A model generated the notes under the pieces. It had not been told where the DNA came from, ran no database searches, and saw only the letters and a list, made by a program, of their open reading frames with translations. The position numbers were made by a program, and so were the translations under genes. Shown here piece after piece: positions 58,547-64,000 of a stretch of DNA of 64,000 bases (position 1 is the stretch's first letter; each line of letters starts with the position of its first letter). The DNA is from Polyangiaceae bacterium (lineage in GTDB: Bacteria > Myxococcota_A > Polyangia > Polyangiales > Polyangiaceae). The stretch spans positions 64,001-128,000 of the forward strand of contig JAPSGB010000012.1 of the NCBI GenBank assembly GCA_035063585.1. The letters are read 5' to 3'.

Positions 58547-60064
58547 ATGAGCCGGACGTACGCGAAGGACCGTCAACGACGTGGCGATGCACCGCTCCAG
58601 CTCACGCCCGCTGCGGGGCGTGTGCCGCCTCACGATCTCGACGCCGAGGGCGCGGTGCTGAGCGCGATCCTGCTCGACCCAGGCTCCTTCGACACCGTGC
58701 AGCACGTGCTCGAGCCCGAGCACTTCTACTCGGACGCCAACCGCTGGATCTTCGAGGCGGTGCTCGCGCTCGCGCAGGGCCCGCACCGCGTGGTGGACGT
58801 GGTGGCGGTGGCAGGGTGGCTTCGGGATCGCGAGCGCTTGCAGCAGATCGGCGGCACGCCGTACCTGGCGCAGCTCGCCGACGCGACCCCGGCGGTCGCC
58901 AACGTCGAGGTTCACGCCAAGACCATCCGCGAGAAGTACCGCCTGCGGCAGCTCATCGCCACGTGCCAGCGCTTCGCCGCCGAGGGCTACGGCGACTGCG
59001 GCCCGGTGCAAGACTTCATCGATCAGGCCGAGCAGTCGGTCTTCGAGCTCGCGCGGACCGACGAGACCACCACCTTGGTGACGCTCCGCGCAGCCGTGGA
59101 AGGCGCCTTCGAGATCATAAGCGCCGCGGCCTTGCATGGCGGCGGAGTCTCCGGGATCCCATCCGGCTTCACGCAGCTCGACGAGAAGTGCTCGGGGCTC
59201 CATCCGGGGGATCTCTACGTGGTCGCCGGACGTCCCGGCATGGGCAAGACCGCGTTCGTCTTGAACCTCGCGGTCAACGTCGCCAAGTCGCGCGCGGTCG
59301 CGCTCGCGGCGAACGCGGATCCTTACGAGGAGGCGCCCGTCGAGGAGCCCGGTGACGGCGTGGTGTTCTTCTCGCTCGAGATGCCGCGCGCGCAGCTCGC
59401 CTCGCGCCTCTTGGCGTCGGAGGCCCGCGTGGACGTCTCGCGGCTCCGAAGCGGAAGGCTGGGCCCCGAAGACTGGAACAAGCTCACCGAGGCGGCCGGT
59501 CGGCTCTCCCAGATGCCGCTCTGGCTCGACGACACCCCGGCCATCACCTTGCTCGACGTCCGCGCGCGGCTCCGGCGCTTGCAGGCGGAGATCGCGCGCG
59601 GCGCCCCGTCGGCGACGCCGACCAAGCGGATCGGGGTGGTCGCCATCGACTACCTGCAGCTCATGCAGGGTCGTCGCGACGCGCAGAGCCGCGAGCAGGA
59701 GATCAGCGAGCTCTCCCGCGGGCTGAAGCAGCTCGCCAAGGAGATGGGCGTCGCGGTGGTCGCGCTCTCGCAGCTGAACCGCTCGGTCGAGACGCGCAAC
59801 ACCAAGGACAAGCGCCCTCAGCTCAGCGATCTGCGCGAGTCGGGCGCCATCGAGCAGGACGCCGACACCATCCTCTTCATCTATCGCGACGAATATTACT
59901 TCAAGGACAGCGAGCAGAAGGGCCGGGCCGAGGTGATCATCGCGAAGCAGAGGAACGGGCCGACCGGGCGGATCCAGACGCGCTATACCTCCGAGTACAC
60001 GCGCTTCGATAACCTCGCGCCCGAGGAGTACGACTTCGGCGAGCTCGATCTCGAGGACGCCTGA
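58547..60064 (+). CDS. dnaB: Replicative DNA helicase
   Basis: PPHDLDAEGAVL, AGRPGMGKT, IDYLQL, SQLNR, DLRESGAIEQDAD and KQRNG motifs. Confidence 0.97.
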   Translation: MSRTYAKDRQRRGDAPLQLTPAAGRVPPHDLDAEGAVLSAILLDPGSFDTVQHVLEPEHFYSDANRWIFEAVLALAQGPHRVVDVVAVAGWLRDRERLQQIGGTPYLAQLADATPAVANVEVHAKTIREKYRLRQLIATCQRFAAEGYGDCGPVQDFIDQAEQSVFELARTDETTTLVTLRAAVEGAFEIISAAALHGGGVSGIPSGFTQLDEKCSGLHPGDLYVVAGRPGMGKTAFVLNLAVNVAKSRAVALAANADPYEEAPVEEPGDGVVFFSLEMPRAQLASRLLASEARVDVSRLRSGRLGPEDWNKLTEAAGRLSQMPLWLDDTPAITLLDVRARLRRLQAEIARGAPSATPTKRIGVVAIDYLQLMQGRRDAQSREQEISELSRGLKQLAKEMGVAVVALSQLNRSVETRNTKDKRPQLSDLRESGAIEQDADTILFIYRDEYYFKDSEQKGRAEVIIAKQRNGPTGRIQTRYTSEYTRFDNLAPEEYDFGELDLEDA

Positions 60065-60214
60065 GGCCGCTCGCCCGCGCCGCGGCCGTGAGGCGAGACG
60101 GCTCGCCCGTGCGCCGCGGGCGGGGCCCGCGCGGCGGTTCGCGCCGCCGGCCGCGCCGGGCCGCCAGCCCGAAACGATGCGGGGCTCGCTCGATGGAGCT
60201 AGGCTCGGCGGGTC

Positions 60215-61156
60215 ATGGGGCGGAGGCTCTTCTCGCGAGGCATGGTCGGGGCGCTGGTGGTGGCGGGCGCCTTCGCAGCGTGTAGCCGCTCGGACCTCGA
60301 GGGGCTCGAGGTGCCGCCGGCAGTCGCGGGCTCGGCCGGCGCGGCCGGCGCAGACGCCGCCGCGGGCGCGGCCGGCGCGGACGCCGCTGCCGGCGCGGCT
60401 GGCGCGGACGCCGCCGCGGGCGCGGCCGGGCAGGCCGGGGCTGGTGGCCTCGGCGGCGCGGCCGGCGTCGGGGGCGTGGCGGGCTCCACGGGCGGCGCCG
60501 CGGGCGTCTCGGGGAGCGGCGGGGTCGCCGGCGCGGGCGGCACCGGCGGCGTGCTCGCGACCGGCGGCACCGGCGGCGTGCTCGCGACCGGCGGCACCGG
60601 CGGCGTGCTCGCGACCGGCGGCACCGGCGGGGGCGCCACCGACGGCGGCAACTTCTTCGATGCGTTCCCGTTCCCGGACAGCGGCCCCATCGCGGACTGC
60701 GTGTCGTGCGCGGATCGAGCGTGCCATGGCCAGGTCAACACCTGCTTCAACGATCCGTCGTGCGCGAACGGGGTCGTCTGCGCGGTCACCTCGTGCGGCG
60801 GCGGCATCGATCTCGGTTGTATCCTCGGGTGCTTCGGCGGCGATTTCGCGGCGGCCGGCCGCGCGCTCCAGGCGTTCCTGTGCGTCACGCGGAGCTGCGG
60901 GCAGGAGTGCATCGGCGCCATCGGCTCGCTCGGTGGTGGGAGCTCGGGAGGCTCGGCGCCGAGCCCGGGCGGGACGCCGCCGTCGCCGTTTCCGCCAGGG
61001 TTCTCGCCGCGCGCAGGTGGCGCGATGGTGGTGGTCGCTCCCGAGGTGGCGCGGCGCACGGGCGTCCCCGCCGGGCCGCTCTACGTGCCCGGCCTCGAGG
61101 TGCTCGACTCGCTCCCGGGAGTGTTCGAGGCGACGCGCGGCTCGAGCGCGCACTGA
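60215..61156 (+). CDS. Gly-rich lipoprotein with Cys-rich helical domain
   Basis: Lipobox FAAC; Gly/Ala repeats; CVSCADRAC...CFNDPSC...CxxxC array. Confidence 0.75.
   Translation: MGRRLFSRGMVGALVVAGAFAACSRSDLEGLEVPPAVAGSAGAAGADAAAGAAGADAAAGAAGADAAAGAAGQAGAGGLGGAAGVGGVAGSTGGAAGVSGSGGVAGAGGTGGVLATGGTGGVLATGGTGGVLATGGTGGGATDGGNFFDAFPFPDSGPIADCVSCADRACHGQVNTCFNDPSCANGVVCAVTSCGGGIDLGCILGCFGGDFAAAGRALQAFLCVTRSCGQECIGAIGSLGGGSSGGSAPSPGGTPPSPFPPGFSPRAGGAMVVVAPEVARRTGVPAGPLYVPGLEVLDSLPGVFEATRGSSAH
60536..60630 (+). repeat. Exact 27-nt coding tandem repeat x3.5
   Basis: ggcggcaccggcggcgtgctcgcgacc (GGTGGVLAT). A second, imperfect 27-nt repeat (AGAAGADAA x3) lies at about 60335-60430. Confidence 0.9.
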
Positions 61157-61173
61157 GGCTCGGGCGCACGCGC

Positions 61174-62187
61174 CTAGAGCAAGAGCCGCTCGCCGAGCTC
61201 GTGCATGAGATCGGTGATGCCTTCGTGCGTCGCGGCGCTCACCAGCCGGAGCTCGATGCCGAGCCGCGCGAAGTCCTCGCGGGCGGCCGGGTAGGCCTCG
61301 CGCACCTCGGGCAGATCGGCCTTGGTCATGGCGACCACCTCCGGGCGCGAGACCAGCGCGCGGTCATACGCCGCGAGCTCCTCGCGGAGCACGCGGTAGT
61401 CGTTCACGGGTGAGCGATGGGGTTCATCCGTGAACGTGACCAGGTGCAAGAGCACGCGGGTCCGCTCCACATGTCGGAGGAAGCGGAGCCCGAGCCCCGC
61501 TCCTTCGCTCGCGCCCGGGATGAGACCCGGGATGTCTGCGAGCACGAAGCTGCGCCCGAGCCCGCGCCGGTGGTCTCCGATGCGGACCACGCCGAGGTGC
61601 GGCTCGAGCGTGGTGAACGGGTAGTCGGCGACCTTCGGGCGCGCGTGGCTCACGGCGCGGATGAGCGTGCTCTTGCCGACGTTCGGGAAGCCGAGCAGAC
61701 CGACGTCGGCCATGACGCGGAGCTCGAGCCGGAGCTCGAGCTGCTCGCCCGGCTCTCCCGGCTCGGCTCGGCGCGGCGCGCGATCCACCGAGGTCGCGAA
61801 ATGCTTGTTGCCGCGGCCGCCGCGCCCGCCGTGGGCGATGACGACGCGGTCGCCCGGGCGGGTGAGCTCGCAGAGCTTTCGCCCGTCCGGCGCGGCGTAC
61901 ACGACCGTCCCGAGCGGGACGCGGACCTCGGCGTCACGCCCGGCACGCCCGTAGCAGTCCTTACCCTGCCCGTGCTCGCCGCGCTCGGCGCGCACCGCGC
62001 GCAGGTGATTGAGATCGTAGAGCGTTCCGCGGCCCGGATCGGCGACCAGCACCACGTCGCCGCCGCGGCCTCCGTCTCCGCCCGCCGGGCCGCCGAGCGG
62101 CGCGAACTTCTCCCGCCGGAACGCGGCGACGCCGTTGCCGCCGTCTCCGGCCGCCACGAAGAGCGTGCACTCGTCGATGAACCGCAT
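61174..62187 (-). CDS. obgE: GTPase ObgE/CgtA
   Basis: MRFIDE, FRREKF, GFPNVGKST, YPFTT and DIPG motifs. Confidence 0.97.
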   Translation of the reverse strand: MRFIDECTLFVAAGDGGNGVAAFRREKFAPLGGPAGGDGGRGGDVVLVADPGRGTLYDLNHLRAVRAERGEHGQGKDCYGRAGRDAEVRVPLGTVVYAAPDGRKLCELTRPGDRVVIAHGGRGGRGNKHFATSVDRAPRRAEPGEPGEQLELRLELRVMADVGLLGFPNVGKSTLIRAVSHARPKVADYPFTTLEPHLGVVRIGDHRRGLGRSFVLADIPGLIPGASEGAGLGLRFLRHVERTRVLLHLVTFTDEPHRSPVNDYRVLREELAAYDRALVSRPEVVAMTKADLPEVREAYPAAREDFARLGIELRLVSAATHEGITDLMHELGERLLL

Positions 62188-62334
62188 GGTGCTGGGCCGG
62201 TCTCCGGCGCTGCCGGAGCCGTGCGACTAGCACAGGCCGCGCCCGGCGGGCAGCCGGCTCCGGTCGGTGGCGCGCCGGGCGGCGGGCGCGCCCGCGCCGC
62301 CGCGCGGCTCGTCCCGTGGTATCGAGGGGGAGCG

Positions 62335-62835
62335 ATGACGGGAGCCGCGCCGAGGGTGGTCGCTCGCGCGAGCGCGCTCGCGCCGAGCCGGGGGCCGCTC
62401 ATCGCCCGCGCTCGCCGCCTCCTGTTCGCGCTCGCCGTGGCGGCGAGCGCGCTCGCGGTCACGAGCTCGGGGCGCGCTCGCGACGAAGGGCTCACCGCGC
62501 GCTTGTCGTGCCGACCCGCCGCGTCGGTCGGGCGCGTGTCGTGCGAGCTCGAGGTCGAGGCCGCCGACGGGCGGCTCACCTGGGTCGACGCGCTGGTCCT
62601 CCGGGCGCCGTCCTTCGCGCGCCCGCTCCGGGCCCGCGTCGGCATGCGCCAAGCGACGGCGTCGACCGAGCGCCGCGTGCGTCTGCCCATCGTGCTGGTC
62701 GCGACCGAGGCGGGGTCGGGGCAGCTCGAGGTCGAGGCGCGCGCGGTCCGCTGCGCGCGGTCGCTCTGCGCCTCCGCGGTCCTGCCGGCGCGCGCGGCGG
62801 TCGAGGTCGGGCCGGTGCGTGAAGCGCGCCCGTGA
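62335..62835 (+). CDS. Hypothetical secreted beta-sandwich protein
   Basis: GGGGAG SD; signal-like LLFALAVAASALA; beta-rich with four Cys. Confidence 0.55.
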   Translation: MTGAAPRVVARASALAPSRGPLIARARRLLFALAVAASALAVTSSGRARDEGLTARLSCRPAASVGRVSCELEVEAADGRLTWVDALVLRAPSFARPLRARVGMRQATASTERRVRLPIVLVATEAGSGQLEVEARAVRCARSLCASAVLPARAAVEVGPVREARP

Positions 62836-62892
62836 GCCGAGCGGGCGGTCGTGAACTTGTCCGACTCGGCGGCGCGCTGATAGTCCCGAGGG

Positions 62893-63627
62893 ATGCAGCT
62901 CCCGGGCCGCCTCGCCGCGACCACGCTCGGCGATCTGCTCGGCGCGCTGCATCGCGAGCGCGCGAGCGGGGTGCTCGAGCTCGTGGAACGCTCGGGCGCG
63001 AGCGCGGGCCGCGCGCACCGGATCGTGCTCGACGCCGGGCTCGTGCGCGACGTAGAGACCGCGCTCGGCGTGCCGCGCGTCGGCGAGATCCTGCGCCGGG
63101 AGGGGTTCATCGACGGGGGCGCCGCGCGGCTCCTGGCTCGCCGGCTCGTCGCGGCGCCGACCCTGCGCGCCGGGGAGGTGCTGGTCGGCGAGTGCGGCGT
63201 GTCGAGCGGGGCGCTCGGCGCGGCGCTGCGCTTTCAGCTCCGCGCGCGGCTCGACCGCCTCTTCGAGCTCGCCGATGGGCAGATCCGATTCCACGTCACC
63301 GGCGTGCCGCGCCCGCGTGAGCGCGCGGTGCCGCTGTCACCGCACGAATTCCTCCACGGCAGGCCGCGGGCGCGCGGCGCGTCGCGGCGCGCGCCCGCGC
63401 CGAGCCCCGCGACGCCGTCGAAGCGGCACGATCCGGTGCGCGCGCGGGCGCTCACCGTGCTCGGGCTCGGGCCCGCCGCGGACCGCGCCAGCGTACAGCG
63501 AGCGTTCCGCGCGCTCGCGCGCGAGGCGCACCCCGATCGGTTCCCGGCCGCCAGCGCCGAGGAGCGCGAGACGCTGCGGCGCCGGTTCGCGGAGCTCAGC
63601 GCGGCGTACCACGCGCTGGTGGCCTGA
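62893..63627 (+). CDS. DUF4388-like / MshEN-like / DnaJ-domain protein
   Basis: GRLAATTLGDLL...SGVLEL N-terminus; RVGEIL and RAGEVL motifs; J-domain with HPD. Confidence 0.8.
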   Translation: MQLPGRLAATTLGDLLGALHRERASGVLELVERSGASAGRAHRIVLDAGLVRDVETALGVPRVGEILRREGFIDGGAARLLARRLVAAPTLRAGEVLVGECGVSSGALGAALRFQLRARLDRLFELADGQIRFHVTGVPRPRERAVPLSPHEFLHGRPRARGASRRAPAPSPATPSKRHDPVRARALTVLGLGPAADRASVQRAFRALAREAHPDRFPAASAEERETLRRRFAELSAAYHALVA

Positions 63628-63688
63628 GCGCGCCGCCGGCCGCGCCGGACCGGCATGCGCTCGGCACCCGGGTCGGCGCGGCTGCGGC

Positions 63689-64000
63689 TCACGCCGGGCG
63701 CTCGAGCGCGGAGGGATCCCACGTGCGAATCAGCGCGGGCAGCTCGCGGAGCGGGATGAGCGCGTCGGGTCGCGCCGCGGCGAGCCGCTCGCGCGCCTGG
63801 ATGCCTCCCTCGACGCCGACCGTGCGCGCGCCGGCGGCCCGCCCGCACTCGACGTCCTGCGCGGCGTCGCCGACCATCACGAGCGCCCGCGGCTCGAGCG
63901 CGAGCCGGCGCGCGATGGTGAGCAGGCCGCCGGGAGCCGGCTTCCTCTCCGCGAGATCATCGCCGGCGACGATCTCGCGGAGACGGCGGTCGAGCCCGAG
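63689..64000 (-). CDS. HAD-superfamily hydrolase (phosphoglycolate phosphatase-like), C-terminal part
   Basis: Manual translation LGLDRRLREIVAGDDLAERKPAP...VMVGDAAQDVECGRAAG; open to the window edge. Confidence 0.88.
   Translation of the reverse strand, partial: LGLDRRLREIVAGDDLAERKPAPGGLLTIARRLALEPRALVMVGDAAQDVECGRAAGARTVGVEGGIQARERLAAARPDALIPLRELPALIRTWDPSALERPA

Noticed and set aside
58547..60064. Intein in DnaB
   Set aside because: Length about 505 aa with only short loop insertions; no intein splice motifs.

Overview
Very GC-rich, gene-dense chromosomal window with about 58 genuine CDS. The gene repertoire (Hanks-type kinases, TPR-PEGA proteins, Gly/Cys-rich lipoproteins, DUF4388-DnaJ) suggests a Myxococcota/Polyangiales-like bacterium; this assignment is inference. 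The left half (1-36 kb) is mostly accessory: a class III cyclase, a ChdC/Cld-family protein, GH43, a B12 radical SAM enzyme, msrA, a copZ-csoR-copA operon with a perfect 20-bp operator, two paralogous Cys-repeat lipoproteins flanking a TPR-PEGA gene, aceE and mutY. The right half is mostly core: nuoABCD-G-H-I (no E/F or J-N), gatB, mtnA, lipA, a 2-oxoacid dehydrogenase E1a/E1b/E2, a TPR-PEGA plus kinase pair, prs-rplY-pth-rpsF-rpsR-rplI, dnaB and obgE. I found no rRNA, tRNA, IS, integrase or cas gene. Best leads: (1) a recurring TPR-PEGA / membrane kinase / surface lipoprotein module that may be an uncharacterised trans-envelope system; (2) a pervasive leaderless-mRNA signature; (3) NuoH with a ~150-aa membrane insertion; (4) a Thermus-like copper operon and an actinobacterial-type ChdC; (5) intergenic repeats. 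Start codons were chosen by eye and family calls rest on recalled motifs, not database searches.
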